This document shows positions 21,248 to 33,421 of a stretch of DNA of 44,539 nt, in pieces. Under the pieces are notes generated by a model. That model did not search any database. It saw nothing but the letters and a program-made list of their open reading frames with translations, and was not told where the DNA came from. The first letter of the stretch is position 1. The number at the start of each line of letters is the position of its first letter. This DNA comes from Selaginella moellendorffii (Eukaryota > Plantae > Lycopodiophyta). The DNA lies in NCBI RefSeq assembly GCF_000143415.4, contig NW_003314279.1, forward strand, positions 2,073,232-2,117,770, in the 5' to 3' direction. Made by a program: the position numbers and the translations under genes.

Positions 21248-22444
21248 ATGGAGTGTTTTAGAAATTCATATCTAAGCAGTGTTTTCGTCATGAACAAGCA
21301 AATTGAAATGCACGGTAGATGTGGTAACATCAAACACGCAGCTCAAATCTTCCATGGTATGGCCAAGAGGGACAAGTTCAGCTGGGATCTTTTGCTGGTT
21401 GCCTTCTGCAAAAACGGGCATTTTGATGAAGCGCGAAGGCTCTTCAGCTGCATGCCGTGCTGGAGCCTCGTGTCATTTACTACTATGATTTCTGTTGACT
21501 CCAAGAGAGGCAAAATGCAAGGAATACAATCTGTTACTATAAACACGGTGCTTTTTGCATTTGCCGAAAATGGGCATCTTGATTCTGCCAAGGTAGTCTT
21601 TAGCAAAACGCCTGCTCACAACTTGGTCTCGTGGACGATGATGCTGGGGGCTTTATCTCAGCTCGCGGATGTAGAAAGCACTTTTAAAGAGATGCCGGAG
21701 CACGATGTCGTCTCGTGCACTTGCGCAATTGCAGCATTCTCCCGTCACGGGCATCTGGAGCTCTTCCACGCCATGCGTGTGAGGAATTTCTCGACTTGCA
21801 CGGCAATCGTTTCCGGCTTCTTGAAAGAGTCGGAGCGCTTCTTTCACGATCAGATGCCACAGCACGATCTTGTCTCCGTCACAACGCTGCTCGTCGCCTA
21901 CACCCAAAGCCAACGCCTTGAGGAAGCCAGCTGCCTCTTTGATTCTCTTCCATACGTAGATGCCGTGTGTTAGAACGCCATAGCCATGGACGAAACCACG
22001 AAAATCCTCGAGAAAATGCCGGCATGGAATCTTGCAACCTGGAAGACTCTGCTAACATCACACTCCTTGCAAGGGAATCTTACCGGGGCTAGAAGAGTCT
22101 TTCAAGAAATGCCAGACAAGAACTTGGTGTCCTGGAACGCCATGCTCTCGGCATATGCCCAAAAAGGGCATCTTTCTCTTGCAAAGAAGGTGTTCCAAAC
22201 GTGGAAGCAACACTACTGCTGCATCGTGGACATGCTGGGGCGAGCGGGATACCTGGATGCGACGGAAGAGCTTGTGCAAACCATGCCTTTTCTTCCCAAC
22301 TCGTGGGACTGGACGTCCATGCTAAGTTCTTCCAGAGGCGATAGAATCTGGAAAAACGGTGCTCGAGTGACGAAACGAGCTTTGCTTTCAAGCCCCAGCG
22401 ATGGAGCTGCTCTTGTGCTGCTCGCAAACTCACGCTCCTCTTGA
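21248..22444 (+). pseudogene. PLS-class PPR, copy B, with one premature stop and in-frame deletions
   Basis: ORFs 21248-21973 and 21986-22444 are in the same frame, separated by TAG at 21971-21973 where copy A has TGG. PLS/S motifs and a C-terminal HYCCIVDMLGRAG...MPFLPN. Confidence 0.82.
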
Positions 22445-22485
22445 TTCTTACTACATTTCCGAAACTTTACCTTTATAAAATGGGC

Positions 22486-23301
22486 AAGAAGCTCAATCGT
22501 TCTTCGATTCGGCCCCGCCTCTCCGATGCCGTGACGATGTGGTCGCGAGCGTGAATCGCTTCTTGGATATCTGGAAGGCGGCATCGGCCATCGGCCAGGT
22601 TTTATCCTTAACTAGCATGTAGCTGAATCTCGTGATTCTAGACGACGCGCATTGCCATTGTTACATCTGGGGGCACGACCGTGCCCTTGGAGCGACGATG
22701 CGTTAGGGTCATTGACAATTTCAGCTTGGGGAGTCGAGGAGCAGCCCGTTATTCTTTCTATTCATTCTTCTTTTATGATTATTTTATTTTATTTTATTTT
22801 TTGCAGCAAGTTGCTGTGATTTTCCTTCATCGGAGGCAAGCAGCACTCTGTTTTTTCTTTTGCAAATGGTGATGCTACTTTCGTGAAATTCTTTTTAGAG
22901 GATCTATGCAGCCATTTTGCCGCTCGCTGCCGGATAATCCCTGGGTAAGCGAAATCTGCCTTTTATTTCTTCGAGAGTTTAACTCCCGCTTCGCAGCACG
23001 AGAAAAATGGTTTGATGCTGTGAGCCGGGCAGTCACAGGACATCATTCTGAGTTCTTGTTTCTCTTCTTGAGTTCTTAAGAATCAAAACAGGCGGTGCTC
23101 CTGAAGAAGCTCTTGAAGCTCGAGTTCATTATGCTCTTCGAGTACCTCCAAGTAAGAAACGTGCCGTGCAAACGCTGGTTTCTATGATGGTTTTGAATGG
23201 CAGATTTAGAGATTGTTGGAGCTGCCATGAAACCAGTTGGCAGGCATGCTATGTTTTACTTTGCAGCGGCTGTCTCCGGCTTCTACGTCCCCTGGAACTC
23301 C
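22486..23301 (+). pseudogene. PPCS: PPCS pseudogene, copy B (exons 1-7)
   Basis: Colinear with 11148-12037. The original ATG region is deleted, the exon 2 donor is deleted (gcagcc^cgttattc), exons 3 and 4 have deletions, and AAVSDFY has become AAVSGFY. It ends in an assembly gap. Confidence 0.88.
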
Positions 23302-23589
23302 NNNNNNNNNNNNNNNNNNNNNNNNNNNNNNNNNNNNNNNNNNNNNNNNNNNNNNNNNNNNNNNNNNNNNNNNNNNNNNNNNNNNNNNNNNNNNNNNNNN
23401 NNNNNNNNNNNNNNNNNNNNNNNNNNNNNNNNNNNNNNNNNNNNNNNNNNNNNNNNNNNNNNNNNNNNNNNNNNNNNNNNNNNNNNNNNNNNNNNNNNNN
23501 NNNNNNNNNNNNNNNNNNNNNNNNNNNNNNNNNNNNNNNNNNNNNNNNNNNNNNNNNNNNNNNNNNNNNNNNNNNNNNNNNNNNNNNNN
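23302..23589. other. Assembly gap (288 N)
   Basis: Run of N. Confidence 0.99.
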
Positions 23590-24840
23590 TCAGATAGATT
23601 TTTTTTAGACTTTTTTTAAAGTCCTTGCATGTGACTTTTAGTCCAAGATCAAGCAATTTATAAAGCTTTTGGGTTGGGTTCTTTTATTTAGAGTGTAAGA
23701 AAAGTTTAGGGCATTCTCACGCAATTCTAAGTTATGCATTTAGATTTTTATTACATGGCTAGATAAATCTTAGATAAAGTTTTTCAACAAGTGCTAAAAC
23801 AAGATTTTAGGAATTGGCAGCTACAAGATCTTTATATTTTTTTATTCAAATATGTGTTTGTTAGTTTTAGTGAGTCTTTTGAGTGTATTTAAGTGAGATT
23901 TTTAGGTGTAGTTTTTTACAAAGATTTTATACATGTTTTTAGAGTTTGGTTTCATGATTTTTAGAGTAGTGTACAAAAATTTAAGGGTCCTTTTTAAAAA
24001 CTTTTTGTTGGTTTATGCTTATAAGGAATTTTTAAAAGTTTGAAAGATTTTCTTTATATATTTATCTCTTGTATCATCTTATAGTTTATTTTAGTGCCCT
24101 AGAGTATATATAGCTATTTGATGTCTCATATTTAATCATCTCTTTTTGATTAAAAAACTTTTACTTGAATGGAGAACAATATCTAATATATAGTGAGTGT
24201 ATAAGAGACTATAAAGTGTTATAAAGAGTGATTTTAAAATCCTTGAGTGTCTAGCAAGAATAAAACCTTGTGATTGAGCTCTCCAACCTCTAGACTAACA
24301 TCATAGTATATACTTAGCTTTCACATTTGGCACATTTTAGAAGTTTAATGTCTATTCATATGCATTGTTCAAGTGTTGTTACTATATAAACTCCTCTTAG
24401 GACACACATAGAGGAATTCTCAAGGCTTATATGCTACCTTAACTACTAGACAATGTTGTTGGTAAATGAGTCTTTATCATTTATAATAGATTCCAAGGAG
24501 GAGCACAATTAAAACATTACACCAATGGTGGTAATTATTCATATTCTTTATGGAGCAATGGATCTTCTAAAGTTCTATCTTGGATTAAGTATTTTGGCTT
24601 GCAATCACATTAATCAATTTCAAACTTACTTAAGATACAGCAAGATCATTGAAGATGCTTTGTCCCAAGAATTATTCTTGAGATCCTTGAAAACAAGAGT
24701 GGTATATTAGACATCTTTCTTGTTTCCAAATGAATCTTGTCTACAATGATTGACAAGTTCGTCAAACAATTTAGAATGGAGAAAATTGATTAACAACTCT
24801 ACATATAAATTGTTTTAATTTTGGCAAATGCTGCAAAAGA
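23590..24840 (+). mobile_element. Third copy of the decayed gag-like retroelement fragment
   Basis: Aligns with ~17040-18320. ORF 24525-24710 (INQFQTYLRYSKIIEDALSQELFLRSLK) is homologous to 17951-18211. Confidence 0.65.
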
Positions 24841-26846
24841 AACACCTCAGCAATGATTCAAAGCTTGTTTTAAGCTTTGACACCTTTCTAGGCTTTTTGG
24901 AGGCCTCTCCCAAGGTCCTTAACAGTCATATGAAGTAGTCAAATGAGACACATATATCAAATGTAGATATATGTATATCACTACATACAAGGTGGCAATA
25001 GTGGCAAATTCATTCCTACAGTAACTCAATTTTCCCTTCTAGCACTTAAAGGTGATACTAACCCACTGAAACCACAAGATCCAGCTGAAGCATCACTCAA
25101 CACAATTGTGGCCTCTTTCACAGATATCACTATAAAAGCTCTCAACCTCATGACACGAACAGAGTTCACTCGAGGCTATAGCAATCCACCTTAATGCATT
25201 AAAATGACATCCAACTTTAGAGGGTGACATAGCCAGCTTCACTAGCATCTTTGGGCCTCCTTCAAAACACTTTTTGCCCACCTTAGTATATTATAGCACA
25301 ATGATATTAAACAGCTTTTAGCATCACTACCAACTTTTCTAATATTGAGTTCTTTTCTCTTTTCTTTATTTCTTTACTTTCACTCTTTGATAAATGGATT
25401 GTCCATCTCATTTTGCATAGCAAGGAATTGTAATGGATATATCCAAAATGGATTCCCTTCTAACTCGATTTCTACTTGCCTTTCAAGACTTATATCCTTG
25501 CAGTGGCAAACTCAAGCTTGGATTTCAATCTTGAGGTGGCATCAATTTCAATCATCTGGAAGGTCATTCTTTCCCTCCTATAGTTTTTAGACTCTTCTTT
25601 ACATCAAATTAATCCACACCTCATCACCATCACTCTAGTCTACTCATAGCCACTATTTAGTCCATTTTCCATTTGCTACAGCTTTATCCATCACTTGCTA
25701 TATTTGTCTAAATCACTTATCTTACCATAAACACCTCCATTTTGGGACATTTTTACATAACATTATCTACTATACTCATATGTAGTAGATACAATAAGAA
25801 GCAACCCTCCTGACCCATGTAACTCAAGGTATGGAATGAACTTAATCGATAAAACACACTCTTGGCAAATACTAGACACTAAAAGTTAATTTTGACTAGC
25901 CAAAAGTCCTTAACTGTAGTACGAAGCTAAACATAGGCAAACAGTATTTCCTAAACTCATATAGATACAATAAGATACAATGATCTAAAATTGCCACTAG
26001 TTGCAAACATTTTCTTTTGCAATGATTGCTATATAAGCTACTAATGATCATCCACATATTGCAAGATTCCTTCCATTACCAGTCTATTCAAGTTTGCTAA
26101 CCATTCCACCCATCATTTGTCACTATGATTGCAATCTTTCTGTTCCACCATATATCCCAAACTAAGCAACACATTCATTTCTCTTCCACTTTCTTTGGAA
26201 CTTTGGTAGCAAACTTAAATTGTGTTTGAGGAACTTTTGAGAGGTTTGGAGACTTTAGAGGCTAGAGTCTAGGTTATTGCTTTGTTTCCTCTTGGATTCT
26301 TACTCCTTTTTCTGTGTTTTTCTTAATTATTCATTATTTTTTCTTCTTTCCACAATTTTTCTTAGGTTGAGTTCTTAGTTCTATAATCAAAATTTCCCTA
26401 TGTGGTTTCTTGATCCTAGAACACTAAAACTTCTTTTCCCACTTTTATTTTCTTTGTTTTATCTTTGGTTTTCTTTCTTATATAGTTGATAGAAGATATT
26501 ACATTAGAGCTTTCAACAGCAATTTAGTTGTGAGTTTTTGCATGTGATAGAGTCTGATATGATTCCCTGTGGTCACCTATTAGGATATGCATATCCTTTA
26601 AACAAGATTCTCTAAAATATTCCACTATTAAAATTGTCTGAGGGCATTAAAAAAATTTTGGGAGAGGGGGTATATACCCCTTTCTCCCCCATTACTAAGT
26701 TTAGAGGAAGTTCATTTAAAGATATGGTTGAGCTTTATTTTCAAAGCATGAGAAAGTGTTCTCTCCACCGTTGAAAGGTCTCAACAATGATACAAATAGT
26801 CTTGAACTATTAGTAAAATGATGAGAATAGACATTATATTAGTATA

Positions 26847-27989
26847 TGTAGCGCACGTGGTTTTGACCTTTTATCCTATGGTGATTTACCATAGGATAAC
26901 ACCACGAAGCGGAACCTAAACCCTCTTTGTGCCACGTGACAGATGCCACGTGTCACATGCCACGTGTCCATGCCACGTGTCCACAGGAACCCGAGGTTCA
27001 GGGCCTTGGGCCACTGAACGAAGGAACGGTGCCAAACTCCCAAGCGTGACACCAAGGAGTGATGGAACCGGACCACGGAGCAACTCCCGAGCATATAGCC
27101 CAAGGAACAAAGGGACAGAGGCCCGGAGCGACTTGGAACAGTCCTAGAGCAACTAACATCCCAATGCCAGGACCAGCACGCAAAACGGAGCCAAACGGAG
27201 TCTGGCGCTATTTCGGCATACCGGTGGCCTAACGTGAGAGTATGGGTACTCCACCAGCTAGCATGGTATGGAACTTGGGCTTAGACCCAAGCCGGACGCA
27301 GAACAAGGACAGGCACGCAAGCGGGAGCTAGACTATGCCTCAGGTTGGTCGGCCATGCTCGACCTACCCACTATCCCTACTATACATTTGGAACCCCCCA
27401 TAGCCCCCCCCCTTGAGGAACACACGCTTTGGGCTTTCACCCCAAGCCTCCCTTAGTATTAGGAGTTAGTCTCTGGGACAAGCTCGAAACTTACTAAATA
27501 TGGAATGTCCCTAGATTGCGAATTTGGACATGGGACAAACACCATTGTGTTCAGGACGATCTCTACATTCCGTAGATATGCCAAATGAGCAAATCTGGAC
27601 ACTTTCCATAAATAACATTTGGGACCAAAATGAGACTAACACAAAAGGCATGATAGCGAGGGTGTTTGGCAGACACGGTAAGCTATCATCTAGCGAATAT
27701 TGAGGGACCAAGCTCAATATCGCGGGGGTTCCCAACACTAGCAAGTGCAAGTCAACGAATGAGTTTCTTTAACCAGGTCAAGTATGCTTGACTAATAGCA
27801 CTTAGGAATTCCGTCCTTATGCCCATCTGGTCAAGTGCACACGCGAGGACCAGTTTCTCAACTAGCTTAGGCAGAGACTAATAACGGGTCCAGCAATACC
27901 GACCTCCTGCCGTCGTGGCAGTAAGGTAAGAGTGTCCGTAAGGACTGGCCGACAGGTAACTTTCGATACCCAAAGTCACATTCGCGACA
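26847..27989 (-). repeat. 3' LTR (1143 bp)
   Basis: TGTAGCGCAC...TTCGCGACA on the + strand, ~99% identical to 32284-33421. Confidence 0.93.
26930..26982. promoter_or_regulatory. Tandem G-box/ABRE cluster in the LTR (4x GCCACGTG; 3x in the other LTR at ~32375-32412)
   Basis: tgccacgtgacagatgccacgtgtcacatgccacgtgtccatgccacgtgtcc, with 13-14 bp spacing. Function is untested. Confidence 0.55.
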
Positions 27990-30900
27990 CTCTCCCCCCC
28001 TTGGGAAAATCGACGTCCTCGTCGATGCATACTCGAGTCTAGAATACTGCCAAGGAAACAACTCCAGAAAAAGTTCACGGTACTCACACTATATGAGAAA
28101 TGCACCAACTTAAATGAGTTAAGGGGCAACCTCTTTGTCTAACGCGGATGCGCTACCAGCTCAGACACCTTCCGGCCGTCGCCGACAAGGAAATGACCAA
28201 CGGAGTCAGCCACCCTTGCTGCTCTGGGAGTCACCCAGCTTACAAAAGTGTGATATGCCCTGCCCGCAGGGACATAGAGAGAGAAGCCAGAGGCCCCAAC
28301 CCTCCTGAGCAAAGAAACCAAACCCGTCGGTAAGGTTTAGATAGACTACTGTAAACAGGCAGTTAGAGTTGTTTACACGGTCACGCCCTTTCAACAAAAT
28401 AAGGAACATCGACAGAGAAGCGGGTGATGTGACCAGTCGACAGTAGCTACCCCATGACTAGAGATTTCAACATGCACATGAAGTGTCGAAGCCAGTCTGT
28501 CTATACTGGCCCAAACTCAAATATCAATATATAGGGACTATATCAAAGTCATAAACAATGATATTTTAGTGATGTAATTATCAGTGAATAAAGCTTAGAT
28601 GAGAACACAAATGTAGTCCAAATAAGTTATCATCCGATAAACTAGTATTATAGTATAGGAACCACCAAGATCATTATAATTGGTAAACATAGGAATCACC
28701 ATCCAACAAAATTCAATAGCAAGTAGATCATGAAGGAAACTCAATGATGAAACTTAACTATCAAAAATGGCAGATAGTATGCCAAACAACTCACAAAACA
28801 CAACTCAAAGAACACAAAGTATTATTGAGTAACAAGCACAATGCTCGCGAATGTTGCACCCGAAGGCCATAACATCCGAATCTATGAGAACTAACTCGAG
28901 CAATAATCAACAGATCAAAATGAATGTTGCAAAGCAAACAAACACTTGTTCATATCAACTATTGCACTAGCAAATCTGAATAGATCTCAATCAACAATAC
29001 CAAGGAACCAGAGTTGCTCAAACAAGTGTTAGCAACATCTTACTGATGTCTCAAACCCAAGAGACCAATCCAGAGCAAACCACAAAGAACATGTGGTATT
29101 GCAAAAAGTCATAAACCATCAAAGAGAACAACTAACCATCATGAAAGATCATCAATCATCCCATCAATAAAGAGATGCATAATTGCCATTGAAGAAAGAA
29201 TCCACCATCCGGAACAATGGCAAATCTTTTTAGATCAACGATAATCAAGCAAAAGCTTCGACAAGGATAATCAACTTTCCTAGATGATAGTCAATCATCA
29301 CCAATGATTGCTAGATGCAAAAGCCAATTTCAACATCGAAGCTAATGAGCCAAAATGCCTTCCCCAACAACTTCTAACAAATGGAACAATGAGCATAAAA
29401 CTCAAAGAACCAAAGCTCGAAGAAGCCTATAGCTAAGTCTTGCTTTAATAATGATCACGAGTCTCGCATGAACTAACGTCAATGCTAAAGAGAAATCATG
29501 GTATAACCCACGACATCCGCTTTAACACATCCATAAGCTATACTTCATAATGCAAAGCTAATGAAGAGCAGATTTGCATCACTCAAAAGCCAAGCACAAT
29601 GGAGCTATGCTCAACAAATGATCATCTAATCGATCCTCCATGAATCCATCTATACCAAGACGTAGCTCACATCGTAACAAGCACAAGGGGAATCATCAAT
29701 GATCAATATATTCGAATTCAAACCCAATAAGGATTCAAACTTTCCTATATTGATCACTAACTCTTTTTCTTGTAGAGTTAGCATAGTCCACGACTAAATC
29801 ACTTTTCAAGGAAAAGCTAAAACTCAACCCTCTACTAAATAATCTCGTCTAGAAGACAACTAACTCAACTTGCCACTCAGTTTGTTTGAACGTCAACACA
29901 GTTGCTAACTAGCAAATGCATGAATGCCAATAACACAAAGCTAAAGCCAAATCACCAACACTTTTCATCAAGACTAATGAAACTCAATATCAATCCTTGG
30001 AAGGATATCTCATTTCACTCAGATCTCAATATCAACAATGTCAATGACAAAGCATCACTTCAATGCCATCAACACCAAAACAAAGCTAGAAGAAAGCATG
30101 AGTGAATCACCACTCAAAACTCTCCAGCAACCAAGCTAACCAAAGTCGAAGATACTTTAGTCAGTATCCGAGACCAATCCTCCAACAAAACTCAGTTACA
30201 GATAACACTTCATTAAAGAGTGATTCACCACGTCCAAGACTCAATGAAATCTAACACTACGGACGAAATGTAACCAAATGATATCAACAGAGGTAGAGTC
30301 GACATGCCAATATGAAAAACTTATGTAAGTCTAATGACACGATCCTCCGCAACACCATCCGGTAAAACAAGCCCATCACTGCTAAATCATCATCGAGCAA
30401 AGCAAGTATCAACAGTCTTTTTGACAAAGTCTACAAGTAATCACTAGTCGCAAAGCAACTAACAATCACACTTTAACTTGCCTTCACAAGACCCGAACAC
30501 TAACTCTTGTCATCAAGTTATATACTTGTCCAACATGAACGTGATACCTCAGGTACAAGATAAAAGTTCATAGACAAGCACAAATTAAATGACCACTCGA
30601 ATCCAACTCAACCGCAATAAGCTCACTAATGCATTTAGTCAATAGCTCTGAGCATGCCTTGAAGAGGCTAGCTATGTGATCAACAGTCAGTCGAAACTAA
30701 GGTGAAGACCATGAGATGGACTCATATCGGTACACAACCTCCTCATAGACAAAGCTATAGTATGGGTACCAACATCTCAACCTCAAACAACTAAGTTGGA
30801 CATCACCATCCTCAGCCAAGGTGCAGGGCTACCAAGACTAAGTCAAGATCAGTGAGAGCTCACTACTCTCATAAAGTCTTAGCGAAATGCAAGGTGCAAC

Positions 30901-32283
30901 CTGCCACCGAGCATAATGCTACAAAAGAAAGGCACAAGGGTCACCCTTCTTAGAAAAGCGCAACGGCCACTTTTCTATACTAACTCTAGACTCTATCCAA
31001 CTCAATTGCTTTTAGCCTCAAAAGTCAGCATCCCTTTCGGGTCGCATCATACAAACTACTTACTAAGGTTTAAGCCAACTGAAGCCAACTCCAACCCCTT
31101 CACTAGTTTGTATTAGCTTACGAAAACAGAATGGTTTTCGGCAAAGTGATCAACAGATCAGCCATTGGAGAAGTCCAAGAAAATTTGTGGAAAATTTCCA
31201 TCCTAGAGAAAGAATGACTCTCAGTCCCGGATTGCAAACTTTCAAGACTCAACCAACTTCCTCCTACAAACAACTTCACATAAGTTCACCTCAATACAGA
31301 TTCTTATGATTCATAATATGCTTAAGCATCGAACATCTTTGCCCATATAACCGACATCCAACACTGACATCCGCAAAATGCAAAATGAACATCCAAGGCT
31401 TGATCACGAAGACCACATCTTCGGATATCCATATTGCACTAACACCCTTCTTCAATCACCTTCAAGATCCAATGTGAAGCCAAAACACTAACAAGAAAAA
31501 TGACATAGAAAAATCAAGGTCCAAGGAAAATTCCTCATCACTTGAAATAACAATGCCACTTCCACTAACACAAGTGCTAGTGACGTCAATGCCCCAACTC
31601 CACATCTTCTCCATCCAACAATCTACTCCAAGTGCTAACGGATCAACCGACAAGGTATAGCAAATGAATGCTACAACCCTTTTCCAACACCTTAGTGGGC
31701 AAACTTAAGAAAACAAGGTACCAACTTAAGCTTAGCATAATGGACCACTATTGAGAATCCAGTCAAAGCTACTACAATGCTACTTCGTGTAAGTAAACTA
31801 GCTTCTCCATCAACCACTTTGGGGTTGATCATCATTTACCCAAGCAACTTCGTAAACGCATTACTCTTTATCACATGGATATGATATAAGCATCACAATG
31901 ACTTGATCATCAATTGAGTAACGCAATGAGCAATGCCTATGTCATTACTTCAAACGTTTATGTGAGTATCAAATGCCAACTCGATTCGACAAAATGCAAC
32001 ATAAATGCCACACTCCACCAATAGAGGTTTACGACACCCAACACCACTAACTTTTGTTCACAACACGAACAAGCTCATGCCACTCTCTTTCCGACCAAAC
32101 TCAACACTAATCCAACACCAAGCTACTCAAGAAGCAATAGCAAGGTTCCCCGGAAAAGAATTAAGCATTGCAACCCAAACGTGTACCCACTCGGATCATC
32201 GTTTTCATCTCTGCGTATGCAACAAGACTAGTTGCCCAATCTCATTGAATAGTACTCGCTGAGACTCATCCTTTGATACCAAA

Positions 32284-33421
32284 TGTAGCGCACGTGGTTT
32301 TGACCCTTTATCCTATGGTGATTTACCATAGGATAACACCACGAAGCGGAACCTAAACCCTCTTTGTGACAGATGCCACGTGTCACATGCCACGTGTCCA
32401 TGCCACGTGTCCACAGGAACCCGAGGTTCAGGGCCTTGGGCCACTGAACGAAGGAACGGTGCCAAACTCCCAAGCGTGACGCCAAGGAGTGATGGAACCG
32501 GACCACGGAGCAACTCCCGAGCATATAGCCCAAGGAACAAAGGGACAGAGGCCCGGAGCGACTTGGAACAGTCCTAGAGCAACTAACATCCCAATGCCAG
32601 GACCAGCACGCAAAACGGAGCCAAACGGAGTCTGGCGCTATTTCGGCATACCGGTGGCCTAACATGAGAGTATGGGTACTCCACCAGCTAGCATGGTATG
32701 GAACTTGGGCTTAGACCCAAGCCGGACGCAGAACAAGGACAGGCACGCAAGCAGGAGCTAGACTATGCCTCAGGTTGGTCGGCCATGCCCGACCTACCCA
32801 CTATCCCTACTATACATTTGGAACCCCCCATAGCCCCCCCCCCTTTGAGGAACACACGCTTTGGGCTTTCACCCCAAGCCTCCCTTAGTATTAGGAGTTA
32901 GTCTCTGGGACAAGCTCGAAATTTACTAAATATGGAATGTCCCTAGATTGCGAATTTGGACATGGGACAAACACCATTGTGTTCAGGACGATCTCTACAT
33001 TCCGTAGATATGCCAAATGAGCAAATCTGGACACTTTCCATAAATAGCATTTGGGACCAAAATGAGACTAACACAAAGGGCATGATAGCGAGGGTGTTTG
33101 GCAGACACGGTAAGCTATCATCTAGCGAATATTGAGGGACCAAGCTCAATATCGCGGGGGTTCCCAACACTAGCAAGTGCAAGTCAACGAATGAGTTTCT
33201 TTAACCAGGTCAAGTATGCTTGACTAATAGCACTTAGGAATTCCGTCCTTATGCCCATCTGGTCAAGTGCACACGCGAGGACCAGTTTCTCAACTAGCTT
33301 AGGCAGAGACTAATAACGGGTCCAGCAATACCGACCTCCTGCCGTCGTGGCAGTAAGGTAAGAGTGTCCGTAAGGACTGGCCGACAGGTAACTTTCGATA
33401 CCCAAAGTCACATTCGCGACA
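32284..33421 (-). repeat. 5' LTR (1138 bp)
   Basis: Same termini as the other LTR and adjacent to the PBS. Confidence 0.93.

Larger units (their letters stand above)
26847..33421 (-). mobile_element. Full-length LTR retrotransposon, probably Gypsy-derived and non-autonomous, 6575 bp
   Basis: Two ~1.14-kb TG...CA LTRs and a 5-bp TSD GTATA (26842-26846, 33422-33426). On the minus strand there is a tRNA-Met-type PBS TGGTATCAAAG next to 32284 and a PPT AAGGGGGGGAGAG next to 27989. The interior has no long ORF, only relics (FPRID near 29990; terminal STRTSIFPRGGEC). Confidence 0.93.

Noticed and set aside
26660-26688. Imperfect hairpin gggagagggggtatatacccctttctccc
   Set aside because: It is short and isolated in decayed TE sequence, and I could not tie it to an element end or an RNA gene.
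26930-26982. Short regularly spaced repeats suggestive of a CRISPR array
   Set aside because: The units are ~11 bp with 1-3 bp spacers inside a plant LTR, and there are no cas genes.
26876-27750. Duplicated short ORFs at 26876-27750 and 32228-33182
   Set aside because: They lie inside the two near-identical LTRs, show no protein motifs, and occur on both strands.
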